Positions 12,011 to 23,885 of a stretch of 64,000 nt of DNA are shown here, in pieces; position 1 is the first letter of the stretch, and every line of letters starts with the position of its first letter. The stretch spans positions 9,674,001 to 9,738,000 of the forward strand of contig NC_087438.1 in NCBI RefSeq assembly GCF_036321535.1. Reading direction: 5' to 3'. The DNA is from Camelus dromedarius (Eukaryota). Position numbers and translations under genes: made by a program. The notes under the pieces are model-generated. The model was not told where the DNA came from, did no database searches, and worked only from the letters and a program-made list of their open reading frames with translations.

Positions 12011-13499
12011 GTTTTTGAGCTGACCAAAAAAGGAGAAATAACTCTTAGTTTCTAAGTTTTCCTAAAATACTTCACCAATATCTAGTCCATTTATGTTGTT
12101 TAAGAAGAAAACTCTGCAAGTGAACACTCAGCTTCCAAAGGTTGAAGTAAAGAAATGAGATTAGAATTTCAAAAGGACTGAACTTTCTTCTTGACCCTGA
12201 TTCAGTTGCCTGAAGAAAGGAGAATTCTATGAATTGCTTCCCGACACATTTGACCTGATCCTAACTTTGCTGAACATTGTTAATACCACTCCCCTTCTGT
12301 GTATCATCTGTAATAGTTGCCTTCAGCAGTGAGTTTGAAATAGACTTTAATATAAGAGGCCTATTTCCTTCCCACTAATTTGATTTCATAAAGCACAGTG
12401 AGGACAAGTAATTGTTCTGGTGATAATATGAAGCTACGATGTATTTTCCAAACGTGTAATTAAAATGTTTCCCTTTTATCTTCGTAAACAAGCCCAGGCC
12501 AACAAACTCAACCCAAATGATAGGGAATCCTTGTCTATATTTGGGAAAGGTAACATCAGTATTCTAAGACTTCTATTAGTGTCTCTCCATGGAGACATAA
12601 TACATAGGAATTACATCATACAGTGTAATCTCTTAAGGATTTGAAGAGAACTTGCAAATGTTCCAAAAACATAACAAATAATAGATGCGCAACTTGAGGC
12701 ATCATGTTTAGACAAATGAATCGCTCATTCCTATGACATTTATTTCACAGGTTATCAACACTCCCTTTTTGTGCTACTTAGCAGTGTCAGAATTGTTTTA
12801 CAGCATCATTAACAAAAATGACCAGATCTTGATCATGTATCAATTTACATCATATCAACACTTTTGAACTTAACAGAAACAGTGTTAGACCTCACTAAGA
12901 TCTGGCACTTCCGTAGCGTTTGCTCCAACGATGGAAATATAAAATCACATCGGCACTTGCAGGAACTGTGGGAGGACTTGCATGAACCTAGCATCCATCT
13001 CTACTGTAGGATCACAGTGTCTAGCTGCAGGGGACCCATGTGTGGTGTAACTCAGCTTTCTAGGGCTGAGTCTCTGGAATGGACATGTGTATGCTGAAGG
13101 GTTGGTGAAGCAGCTCTCTGAAGATGCATACAAAGCACAAATCAAATCATGCAACCCTGATGTTTACCAGGAAATACTTGTAGCTGACAAAGCCACCAGA
13201 CTTGCTGTCGGGATCTCAGTTATGCTATGTGAATATGACAAATGAAGAGATGCCAGGATAGTCCCAACCACGGCCTGAAAGCGTTCTCCACAGCAGTCAT
13301 GCACAATGCCTGTGGCTCCACCGTCATGATCCTTCCTCCAGTCTAGACACAGTGCAAACACTCCTGGGAGAGGAAATAGGGTAGACACTTATCCTCTCAT
13401 GAAGATTAGTATAAAACTGTGACCTAAAAGCAAAGAGAACACATGTGGTTGACGCAGCTGGTGCTCTGCCTTGACCCCTTTGTGGACAGTGCACCCAGG

Positions 13500-13903
13500 T
13501 GAACCTGTCGTCCAGGTTAAGCTATCCTTCATATTAACCTATCCTCCAGCTGCTGTGAGTGTTGGCTGCTAGTAGTTCCCAGCTGTACCTTGCACAGATG
13601 GTTATCCTCAGTCTGATGACAGCAGCCTTGCCTGGGAAGTTAGGCAATCTTCACCTCCAACCTGGGGCAGCCCATAGCCAATCACTGACTGATACGTGGT
13701 ACAAACAGCATCTCCCATACCACAAGGTGAAGGGACCCTATAGTGCAGGTCATGCTCCACAGCATCCAAGCCAAGACCTCATCCATCAGCATTTTTCCTT
13801 CCCTATGCTGCTTCCTCAATCTCCTTCTCCCGAGAGCCCTCCCTCAATATATCACATGCATCCGAATCCTGGGCTCTGCTTCCAGGAAACCTGACTTGAG
13901 ACA
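13500..13903 (+). mobile_element. ERVL solo LTR, LTR16C-like
   Basis: 'ccagctgctgtgagtgttggctgct...ggggcagcccatagccaatcactgactga...ctctgcttccaggaaacctgacttgagaca'. Confidence 0.8.
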
Positions 13904-14460
13904 CAGGAGTAAATTTGAAGGAAGGAGAATAGAGAGGCGTGCCCATGGCAAGGAGGACATGACTAGCTAAAGAGCTGTCAAGAGGCCTTTAGCCAGAGAA
14001 TGATAACGAGGTGCTGAGAGAGTGAACCTGGAAAATGGAAGAGAAACAGAGCGGTGAGTTCTGCCTGCTTCCCTCTCCTGAAGGCAGCACACGGAGCTCC
14101 CGAAGAAGAGCCACGTTGCACAAAATGACATGACAGGCTGAAAATGTCCGGAGCCAGGGAGGGTGACAGGCTTTGCGAACACTGCCAGGAGCGGCAGGCA
14201 GTGATCCCCAATCTGCACCACGTGAGTGAATGTCTTTGCCAATTCAGCTCCACTCCTGGTAATTTTGGCTTCTGTTGCATTCCAAGACTTTCCTCCCAGA
14301 TTCCCAGTTTCATCTCCCGGAGAAATTGCCTAGGGACTTTCACCTCCCTGACAAACTCCTCTTTGATGAGTTGGCCCCTCTAGGAGTGTAGTTGCTGTGT
14401 ACAGAGTAGATTTGTTTCTCTTGTCATTCAAATCTGTACTTCCTATACACCTCAGTTGCT

Positions 14461-14467
<7 letters not shown>

Positions 14468-14494
<27 letters not shown>
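14468..14494. repeat. (TC)13 microsatellite
   Basis: Direct reading. Confidence 0.9.
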
Positions 14495-15259
14495 GTCCTG
14501 AGAGAAATGGGCCAGCTAGAGGATGGACCATGATACAGATGGATGGTAACACTCCTGGTGGCTTTCAACTTCCCTGTCTCTTGTCTTTGCCTTATGAAGA
14601 TTACATCAATGAGGTCGAAATAAGAGAAATGGAAAACTTGAGTAAAGACTGAGGAAAGTGCACTTTACGACAAGAGGACGGTGTCTCTGACTTGGGAACA
14701 CCCCCTTGAGAGTCTGAGTAGGGGAACTGCTTTGTGAGGAAGCAATAAATGATTACCCTGAAGGGTGTTTTCTTTAAAATAGAATTACTGTAGAATAACT
14801 CTAGAACAATAAATAATTAAAAGTGGTCACCCCATAGAACCTTTTCTAGATCTTTCCCTCAAAGCTCTTTCCAAAATCCTTGCCTACAGTTTATTAACCT
14901 AGATGTATCCAATTATAAGGAAAAGAGACCTAGAGAGACGTAAAAAGAGAAATGTGTTTTTTTAATGTGAGGGAAGTAATCAAATTCTCTTTTAGCTACT
15001 GGAAAATAATTCTTCAATTAAATCAATCAAGGGGATGATATCTTTGAAATGCAAATAATTACTCAGTTCTAATTAGTAGAGGTTTATTTTTCATCCCTGG
15101 TTAGTGTGTTCTTGTTTTCAGATGGTGAACACTTGTGCAAGTACTGATTCCATGAGATGGTTGGAGCTGAGACATTCTAACTTGGTTTGTGTTTACTGAA
15201 CCTTCTTGCTTTCACCTCACAGCCACAATATCTTTCTTTATTACAAATGTCATTACATG

Positions 15260-15627
15260 TCTCTGGTGATTAAAAACCTTTCAACGTCTCCTCGCTGTTT
15301 ATGGAACCAGGATGGATAACTCCTGCTTCACCAAGCCCCTTCCGTTCTCCATCTCATCCCCGTGCACCTGAAAAACACCAGATCCTCTGTACAGCCTCTC
15401 CTTAAGCATCTCTCTTTCAATCCTTTCCTAACCACTCCATCATTTATACCCAGTGGTACTGTTACTCCGACTTACAGCACCATAAGGACCTGCTCATAAA
15501 CTCCAGCCTCTTCTAGACTAAGTGCCTTGAAGAGTTTTTTGGTTTATAAAATTGAATCCCTACCACTTATCAGCAGTCGGGCATTAGTTTTGTGAACAAT
15601 AAACATTTATGGAATTAATTAATGAAT
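15260..15627 (+). mobile_element. L2 LINE 3' fragment
   Basis: Ends 'ctagactaagtgccttgaag...caataaacatttatggaattaattaatgaat'. Confidence 0.6.
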
Positions 15628-16592
15628 TTCATATTAAATTGCAAGATACTGCTTTGCTTCAGGGCATCAGCAGCAATAAAAGAATAAATTCTATCTAACT
15701 TCCTCGAGAGCAAAATTCAGAAAGGCCAACTTTCTGCCACATAATCTTTCCATGTTAGAGTCAGAAGACTCAAATTTCCACCAAGAAAAAAAGGTATAAA
15801 CTTGACATTCTGGACTGATATATTGTTTGATGTTCAGTATCTTGCTGGAAAAAAAAATCAAAGCTGTAACATCAAAGCTTTAGCTTCTTAATTTCTAAGA
15901 AATCACTGTGCTTTCATTACTTTGTCTTCATGGCAGTGTTGATCTAATGTAAATTGTATACTGTAATTTTAAAGGTCAATTCTCAAGTATTTCGACCTAA
16001 AAGGAAATTGGGAGAGTTTCTTTTTAATACCAGGGAACCCCAGAGTTTGATTTTAGTATTTCTATCCTATTTTAGGTTCTGTCAATCCTTTATTGTAGAA
16101 ATTTTAGGCGGATTTTGCCCTGTGGTTTTGGACTCAATAATAAGTAATTGTTTTTGAGAGAATCTCATTGTCTTCCTGTATGTTGTTGCCCAATTTAATA
16201 TACCCTGAAAAAAAAAGGGGGTCCAAGTAAAAAGAAAGCTGGATAGCATGTTAAATCTATTTTCAAGCACTACAATTCATTTTAATATATACCATGAAAT
16301 TCTAGCTACTTCAGAGTTTTAAGCATTGCTTTTGAAGATATTAATGAGTCACCTGTCAGAATGCCTGCCTCTGAAGATTCATAATGCCGAGAGGCTCTAG
16401 CTTGGAGACCTTAAATGGAAGCATGTGATTATATTATTCAGTGTCTATGGAACTTAAACATGAATCCCTTACCACCTATAGCTAACTTTATATTAAGCCT
16501 TTGATGAACATGTGGAATATAAAAACATACTTTGCACCAATATTACCGATACATATGACTTTATGAGGACAAGTGCTCTGTGAATAAGATCA

Positions 16593-16772
16593 GAATAATA
16601 ATAACTTAAGATTTTATTGCGTCTTACTGTATACCAGCCAGTGTGCTGTGGGCTTTACATACTTTATCCCATTTAATCTCCTCAAAAATCCCAAACAGTA
16701 ACTACTTTTAAGTCCATACTTTACCAGTCAGGAAACCAAGGCTTTGAGGAACTGTGTATAACTTAACCAAAA
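16593..16772 (-). mobile_element. MIR SINE
   Basis: 'tttattgcgtcttactgtatacc...gctttacat...catttaatctcctc...aggaaaccaaggct'. Confidence 0.75.
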
Positions 16773-17076
16773 ATTTTTTGGGGGGATTTCAATTGAATAT
16801 GATCAGATAGTAGACCAACTCACAAAAATATAAATGAGGAAATCTTATATTTTGAAAGGCTACATGTTGGGGCAAGAAAAATGAAGAAGAGAAAAAGGAG
16901 AAGGACAAATGCAGAATTGGGGTTCCCAGTATTTCCTTCTGAATGATGAAAAAAATGTTCACATATTGAGGTATGGAGAAGTCATTCTGGCTTTTACATG
17001 ATTTGACTTGAGCGTTACACTGGCCAGAACATCCTGTCCATGGCCTGTCAGACATGCATTGTACATCTACTTTAAC

Positions 17077-17566
17077 CATTAAAGAAAATAATTCATTTAA
17101 AAATCAAAATGGAGTAACTGTGGTTCAGGCATTCAGAATGGAGCTGCATGGCCATTGTGGATATGGTTCCAGGCAATTTTCCTGTATCACTGAGAACCTG
17201 AATTTTCTGAACTGTATCAGACTTAAGGGCACCATCAGCCATTTTCAAAACAATATCTGCCAGTAGCTACCAGCCACAACCTTATGGACTCAAGGTCTCG
17301 CTTTGTAGTTATGCACCCATTTTGGACCCCAAACAATCCTTACTTAATTAGCACCCTTACTTCTTGTTAGCTCCAGTCCTAATCCTTGCAAACAGCTTAT
17401 GTGACTTTGTGAGTTTTGCCTATATAAATCTCTCCCGTTTTGTAGTCTGGCAGAGCACAATGCAAGTGCTTCTTGAATCTGTGTCTCCCAGGCTATAGTC
17501 CTTAGTGTGGCTCAAATAAAACTCATTTCTAGTCCTTTTATTGATCACTTATTGAGGTGTGGGCAA
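17077..17566 (+). mobile_element. ERV1 (MER4-group-like) solo LTR
   Basis: 'aatcaaaatggagt' near the 5' end; TATATAAA 17421-17428; AATAAA 17515-17520 after 'gtccttagtgtggctc'. Confidence 0.65.
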
Positions 17567-17649
17567 TCTAGCATGCATGCCCACCAAGAAGCTTCCAGGT
17601 TTCGGGGAGACACTCAACGCTGCCTGCAAAAAATGCCTAACAGAGATCA

Positions 17650-17754
17650 CGTACTTGTGTTTTGAGAGTGTGCTGTGAACAATATGTCCACCCAAGCACC
17701 AGGAAGACATTAGTGAATAAGGCAAAGCCCCTACTCCCAAATCGCCTGCTTTCT
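17650..17754 (-). mobile_element. L2 LINE 3' end (continues at 19160 after nested insertions)
   Basis: 'ttgagagtgtgctgtg...agtgaataaggcaaagcccctactccc...ttctg'. Confidence 0.55.
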
Positions 17755-18903
17755 GAAGGGGTCCAGGTTGTGTGGGCCTCTAGTATATGCAATTTTGGGG
17801 GGAAACTCTTTAATATAAGAATATCAAAAATTATTAATATAAAATTAGGTACAAAAGTGAATATTAATTTAGAACAAAAAATTTTACAGTAAATAACTTT
17901 TAAAGCCTAGAGAATAACACAAATATTAAAAAATACTTAATGGCTTTGAAAAATAATGTAACATTTGATTACTTACCTGATTAATACATACCCACAGTAT
18001 TTTCCCCTACATTTTGACTGTATACTCTTCGATCACTTCTCATATGAAGATCTTTAAATATCTTTTTCTTTAAACAGAATAGAAAGATAATCTAGTCTTT
18101 TCTCAAGTGTGGTTGATACAGTTTGTTTTTGCTATTGATATTTTAACCAAGGTTTATTTCAGCTTCAAAACTTGTTACTGAGAGTGACATTTTTAGCATT
18201 TTTGTCAATTTGGGAAAGTCTTGATTGAATTTCTTTTATATATGAGCTGCTAGAGATAATTCAGCTACAGACTTGTGCCCTCTGAATAGCAAAATTCTGA
18301 AAATTTCTACATTGTGTGATTTCCATCAAAAAGAAGAAGAAAATATATTGCACAGCACTGGCCATATTCCTGACAGGAGTTCATACTCATTTTGAAATTT
18401 GATGAGAAGCAAATCCCCTGTTGTCAATTTTTTTAACCGTTAAGAGTTTTCCACAAACCTCTCTCTTCACACATCTCAACCCACACATTAGGTGCCGCAG
18501 TTCGTGTTCATATTGGGATGTGACTTCTGGCCTTCACTTGCCTGTGCCACGGGAGCCAGAACAGGGGCTGGGGAAGCACTCCTTTAAAGAGCCTCTCCAT
18601 TACCAGGGCAACTAGAAACAACTTCACTCTTCAAGGAAGTGGCTGCAAACCACGTTCACACAGTCCTCTAAGCGCAGCTAAGCCAGTTTACCTAAGTCCC
18701 AAACATGCCTGTGGCTACTGCAGCACAATTCACCAAGTGGGGACATGAAGGAAGATTTGTAGTGGAAAGAGCCTGTGGTCTTAACCAATTATGGTTAAAG
18801 CACATTACTTTTGGAAATTTCGCAAATTGCAGTGGACACACAGTAGGACCGCTCTGAGGGCCTTGGGAAAGAGCAGCTTTACCGTGAAGCTGATTTTGCC
18901 ATG
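17755..18903 (-). mobile_element. Zaphod-like hAT-Tip100 DNA transposon (deleted), with hATC dimerisation-domain remnant
   Basis: End 'gtccaggttgtgtgggcc...caattttgggggg...ctcttta...aaaattaggtacaaaagtgaatatt'; minus-strand translation near 18070-18220 gives FPKLTKMLKMSLSVTSFEAE...STTLEKRLDYLSIL. Confidence 0.8.
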
Positions 18904-18911
18904 GGTTAGAC

Positions 18912-19155
18912 AAGTGGCTCTCAACAGAAGGGGAGCATGGAATTTTCCCAGGGGACGTTTGGCAATGATTGGAGGCCTCAGTTTGGGTTGTCATAACCGG
19001 AGTGGGAAGTGGGAGGGTTGTTAACGCCATCCAGTGGGGTAAAGGCCAGGGATGCTGCTAAGCATCTTACCTCGCACAGAACTGTCCCCTCCCCCGCCCC
19101 CAGCAAAGAATCATCTGTCCTACAGTGTTAATAGTGCCAAGACTGAGAAACCCCA
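18912..19155. mobile_element. MER20 (hAT-Charlie) DNA transposon
   Basis: 'agtggctctcaac...ccaggggacgtttggcaatg...ggccagggatgctgctaagcatc...aatagtgccaagactgagaaaccc'; degenerate TSD ggttagac/agctagac. Confidence 0.9.
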
Positions 19156-19159
19156 GCTA

Positions 19160-20027
19160 GACAAATCAAGCACAAGTAAGGAACTTAACGAGTGAGATCA
19201 TTCAAATAGAGATAAGTGCTGTAAAGCATCAGGTCACAGAGTGTGTCCAGAGAGGGAGTGCTCCTCTCCGTGAGGTAAGGAAGGTGTTACCAGTGAAGCA
19301 GAGGTGACTTTTGAGCTGAGATCTGAACAACAGAGTAAAAAATTGGGGGTAAAAACATTTGGAGATGAAGCACTCCAGGCAGAGCGAAGTGCAAAGCCCA
19401 CAGTGGTGAAGAGTTCGAGCTGCTGAGATGCAGAGCAGCCAGTGTAACTGGGTCACAGTGAGCAAATAATGAAACCCAAAAGTGTGAGGCCTTGTAGACC
19501 AGCATGGCGTTCAAAGGGAAAGTGAAGTGATCTGACTTAAGATGTAAAGGCTATGTTGCTGCCATGTAGACAATGAAGGGTAGGAGAGCAGCAAAGGATG
19601 CAGAAGAACATTGGCAGGTGACAGCAACAGTCCAGGCAAATGACAACTGTAGCCTGGACCAGGCGATACCAACGGAGTGGGAAGTAGTGGACAGGGGAGG
19701 GACTCATTTTGAAAACAGAGCTTAGAGTTCTTGCTGAGAGATTAAATGGAAGGATAAATAAGGAGAGGCCTAAAGAATGACCCATAAGCTTTGTGATTGA
19801 GCAACTGGATAGATGTTCTTGTGATTTTCTGAGATGGCAAAGATTTTGGAGAGTCACAAAATCTAAAACTTCTGTTTGGCCATGGCACATTCAAGATGCT
19901 TTATTAGGCATTCAAATGGAAATGCTGAAGAGTCAGGCAGTTGGATAGAGGAGTCTGAATTCAATGGAGAGGTCAGGACTAGAGATATAAATGTATGAGT
20001 CATCAGCATATGGATGGTATTTAAAAC
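19160..20027 (-). mobile_element. L2 LINE (L2a-like)
   Basis: 'gataagtgctgtaaag', 'gaggtgacttttgagctgagatctgaa', 'tgagcaactggatagatg', 'gagtcatcagcatatggatggtatttaaa'. Confidence 0.85.
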
Positions 20028-20509
20028 CTATAAAAATTCTGTCAGATACATAGGCTTAAACTTTCATTACAATGAACATTAACTACAATTTATTACATCT
20101 GATGTTTCACCTAAAAGAATTTGAACTGTACTTAGTCAAAAACTGCCAAGTGACTGAAATTCCAAGGATCACAACTTAGGGACAAAATATCTACCAAAGG
20201 AAATGATGTCCGTACTTCCAAAGACCTCACACTACTCTCAGGAATCAAGAAGCTGAAAATCCTGAAAACCCAAGCCTACACCTCTGTCCCAGAGCAAATC
20301 CTTGAGTTCCAGACCCTCAGGTCAGACGGTTGACTCAACACCACTCAACACAGTCACGACTTAGAAGTCTTTCTTCATCTTCCAAACGTGGGTCTGTTCC
20401 TATGGCTCCCAAAATAGCCAATGGAATTATTTATAGTAATTCCACATGCTACTAGAAGAAAAATTAAAATGTCATGCTTACTACAATAACAGTAACAATC
20501 AGTGTTGGT

Positions 20510-20860
20510 GTCCTGTTAGGTGGGAGGTGGGAGATCTCTGCTACAAATAGTCCAATAGGATTCAGATGAATAAAGACTCTGTTGTTGTTAATATGTAGCT
20601 TCCAGAGTTACTCTAGAACCATCAAGCAGACAGAATATGGGGAGGGAAGAGACTAAAGAAAGCACAACTGCTTCTTAACTACATTGGCCAGGAAGCAACA
20701 TACATCCCCTCCAACCCCATTCCATTGATGAGAACAAGCCACGTGGTCTTGACTATATGCAAGGACTGGGCAATGCAGTCTCAAACCGAGAACCCACATC
20801 CCCACAGCAGCTCTACACCGTGGGAGAGGACAGACGTCTCTGATAAAGAGCTCAGCGTCT
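20510..20860 (-). mobile_element. Old MaLR LTR (MLT1J/K/L-like)
   Basis: 'ggccaggaagcaacatacatc...cattccattgatgagaacaagccacgtgg...tgcaaggactgggcaatgcagtct'. Confidence 0.65.
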
Positions 20861-20884
20861 CTCCCACCTGTTTGCTGCACTGTC

Positions 20885-20990
20885 CCTGTATCCAGAGTGT
20901 AAGCTTTCTGAGAATAAGGACCATGTCCTGTTCAGCATTTTGTGTCCAGCAGTTAGTACAGTCATAAAGGAGGCCCTGATACATAGGTCT
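20885..20990 (+). mobile_element. L2 3' end fragment
   Basis: 'gagtgtaagctttctgagaataaggaccatgtcctgttc...tagtacagt'. Confidence 0.6.
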
Positions 20991-22094
20991 AAAGTGTGGA
21001 TCCCAGTGACTACCTAAGCCCTAAATTATTACCCTATGGGTGCGGTATAGGAGTCTTTTTCAAGGGCTTTGTGGTTATGATTAAGACTAGGGGAAAAAGT
21101 GACTGCTTGCCTGTATCCTGAAGTATCTATCATGGCTGACCCCAGATTCCTCCACCAGGAGCACTGACTTCAGAAAAAAAAAGAAAAGAAAAGAAAAAGA
21201 AAAAACTTGCTGCTAATTAAATGACATTATTGATCATAATATTAAACTAAGAGTAAAGGAATGACCGGTAAAGAACCTAAGGAAGTGGAGCAGTTGACAA
21301 ACTGTAACCAAGAACCCTCTCCCATGAATGGTGCCTATACGAAGCATTGCCGCCCCAAAGGGAGATTCTCAGATTACCTCTGCTATTCTAGCCTTCTCTG
21401 TAGCTCCTCTGTGCATAACAGCCTTGGCTGGCGGAAATGCCTGATGGCCCATACTGATTTTAACACTGAAAAGATTAACCATGTGTAACACGAGACTGGA
21501 TAGACAGCATCTCGCCAAACACATCTGCTTTTCTGTGGTAAATAGCCAAGCAGCGTAGCCAAGGGTCCATATGGTCTTTGTAGACCCATTTCAGCATATT
21601 GTTTTGAGAGACTGCTTGAACTAAGACTACTCAGTTCCATTCCAACACACAACCTCATCTTATTGATTTGTTTAATGTGACTTGCCAGACATAACACAAT
21701 CAAATAACAGGTTTCATTAAGTTTGAGAATCTGTGGGCAGAAACTTTACAACAAACAAGAGACGTAGAAGAAAGAGACTGGAAAGTCTTATTAACCTCAA
21801 GCAAATAATGAGCTGTAAGTTTAGGCAAACAAAGATGAGTTGAAACAGATTATTGAGTGAGATTTATTAAGGATGTTGGTCGGAAGTTTGGGGCATGGAG
21901 AAGAACTAGCCGCTGGTCCTGGCAGAAGCTGCAAAAATCAACAGGATATACAGTCTGGACTTGGAAAATTGAAGCACAGCTAATGCAGGCATGAGTAGCT
22001 TGATACCCAATAGGTAAGATGCTGCCAGCATTATGCCACCATAAACAGAGGTAAAACATTATAGCGAAAGTGGGTCCTTCTAATCATAAGGGAT

Positions 22095-22640
22095 TACAAC
22101 ACTTCTCTGCACAAAGCCCACAATAGCTTACAGGTCTGCTCAGGAGAAAACGAAAGTCTTATCAAAGACATCCAAGGTCCTGCAAGGTGTGAACTCATCT
22201 CCTTCAACCAGGGAGCTGGTTGAACCACAAAGCGCTGTTGCTGCTCCTTAAACTTGATTGTCATGCTCCCGCCTTGGGTTCTGTATGACCTGTTCTCTCT
22301 GCTTGGGAGGTTCTTCCTCCGGAGGTCTGCATAGTCTGCTTGTTTCCTACCCCTTTAGTCCAAGTTTCCACCTTGTCGCCTTCTCAGTGGAGTCCTTGCT
22401 GTGCATCCTTTACAAAATAGCAGCTTCCCCCTACACACACCTCAGCACTGACCTTAACTTGCTTTTGTCCACAGCACTTGTTACCATCTGACGTTCTGTA
22501 AGTTTTCCTGCGTGTGTGCTCATCTTCCTCCCTCCCTAGAATGTAAGTCCTGCAAGGGACAGACTTTGTTTTGTTCACTGCTAGAGCCCCAGTGGAAGGA
22601 TAGTGCCTGAATCAGGTTAAAGGATGTCTGCCGAATGCAC
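22095..22640 (+). mobile_element. L2 LINE (L2a-like) 3' part
   Basis: 'ctagaatgtaagtcctgcaagggacagactttgttttgttcactgct...agtgcctg'. Confidence 0.85.
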
Positions 22641-22724
22641 GTGGTGGTGCTGTAGCCACCGGGCTTTGCCTGGTGGTAAAGGTGACTCCTGGGTAGGAAC
22701 AAATAGTGGAGAACTAGTCAAAAC

Positions 22725-22915
22725 AAAAGCACTTACTAATGTTTGTACTACCGTGTTAGGCTTTATTCCAGGTATTATTCCAGATGGGGCTTCCACAAAT
22801 TCAATGAAGCTGCCAATATTGCATCTATATTAAAAATGGAAATATTAAGTGATAAAATAGATAGATAGTAAGTTACCGAGCAGGACTGAACCTCAGGCCA
22901 GCATGACTCCATGAA
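22725..22915 (-). mobile_element. MIR SINE
   Basis: 'agcacttactaatgtttgtac...gagcaggactgaacctcaggccagcatgactcca'. Confidence 0.55.
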
Positions 22916-22969
22916 AAAAGAACTCTTTAGATAAGGAGGAAGCAAAACTTGGGCAATTAAAAATGATTT

Positions 22970-23885
22970 TTATCAATTCTTTCCCAAGCCCCTAAAATCA
23001 GAAAGAATAACTACAAAAAGAAGGTTTAAACCCTACACAGATACATAGAAATTAAAGGGAGAAAGGCAGAAAGAGATCAACACATTTTGAGACAAAAATG
23101 ACACTAGGTCTGGCAGATTTGTGAAAGCTGATTTCTAAGAGACTGCAGAGGAGGAAGAGGAGAAGAGGGTGGATGACAGGAAAGTCAGTTTGAGCCTAAG
23201 AACCCAGGACAGTCTCAGGCATTAGAGGCATCAGCTACCATGGATGGTGGGGGTGAAACAAGAGACTCAAAGCACGTGAATTAGTGAAATGTCTATACGA
23301 GGAGAACTCACATTCTGCTCTCCCCCCAGCACATCCTCTCATGATTACTAGCTTCCTTCCACCTAACAGGAGATGGAAAGTTGTTCTGTGGAGATCCTGC
23401 ACTAGAAAGGGCTTCAGACTGGGAGAAAACAGCAGAAGAACCTTACTGAAAACAGAAGCACAAGTTAAGGGAGTAGTAAAAAGAAAGATCTCTGAGCCAT
23501 TTTCCCACTTGGCTCCCAAAGATGGCAGCCAGCTGAAGACTGTCCACTGAAAAGTCTCAAAAATATGCACCTCCAAAATGTTTACCTTCTCTTATGCGAA
23601 GATAATAGATAACGTCGAAAACGGATAAACAGCGGGACAGCAGGCATGTACATTTTCTTTAGGAGCACAGGAATAAACATCGGGGGGGAATAAAGCAGGA
23701 TTTGTTTAGAAATGATTTGCTCTTTGGAGTGGAACTCAGGGGTCAGAAAGAGTAGGGCAAGGGATAGCTGTTCATCATTAAATGTCTTCTAGTCCTGCTT
23801 GACCAATTAATCTTTACTCTCATACTACAGCAACAGACTTTTTAATTAAAAAATCAAATAATAAATAATTTATAAAGAAAAAGAA
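22970..23885 (+). mobile_element. Old L1M fragments (5'UTR-like then L1ME-like 3' end)
   Basis: A-rich 5'-like segment, then 'tttgctctttggagtggaactcagggg...gtagggcaagggatagctgtt' resembling the L1ME3 3' end. Confidence 0.4.
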
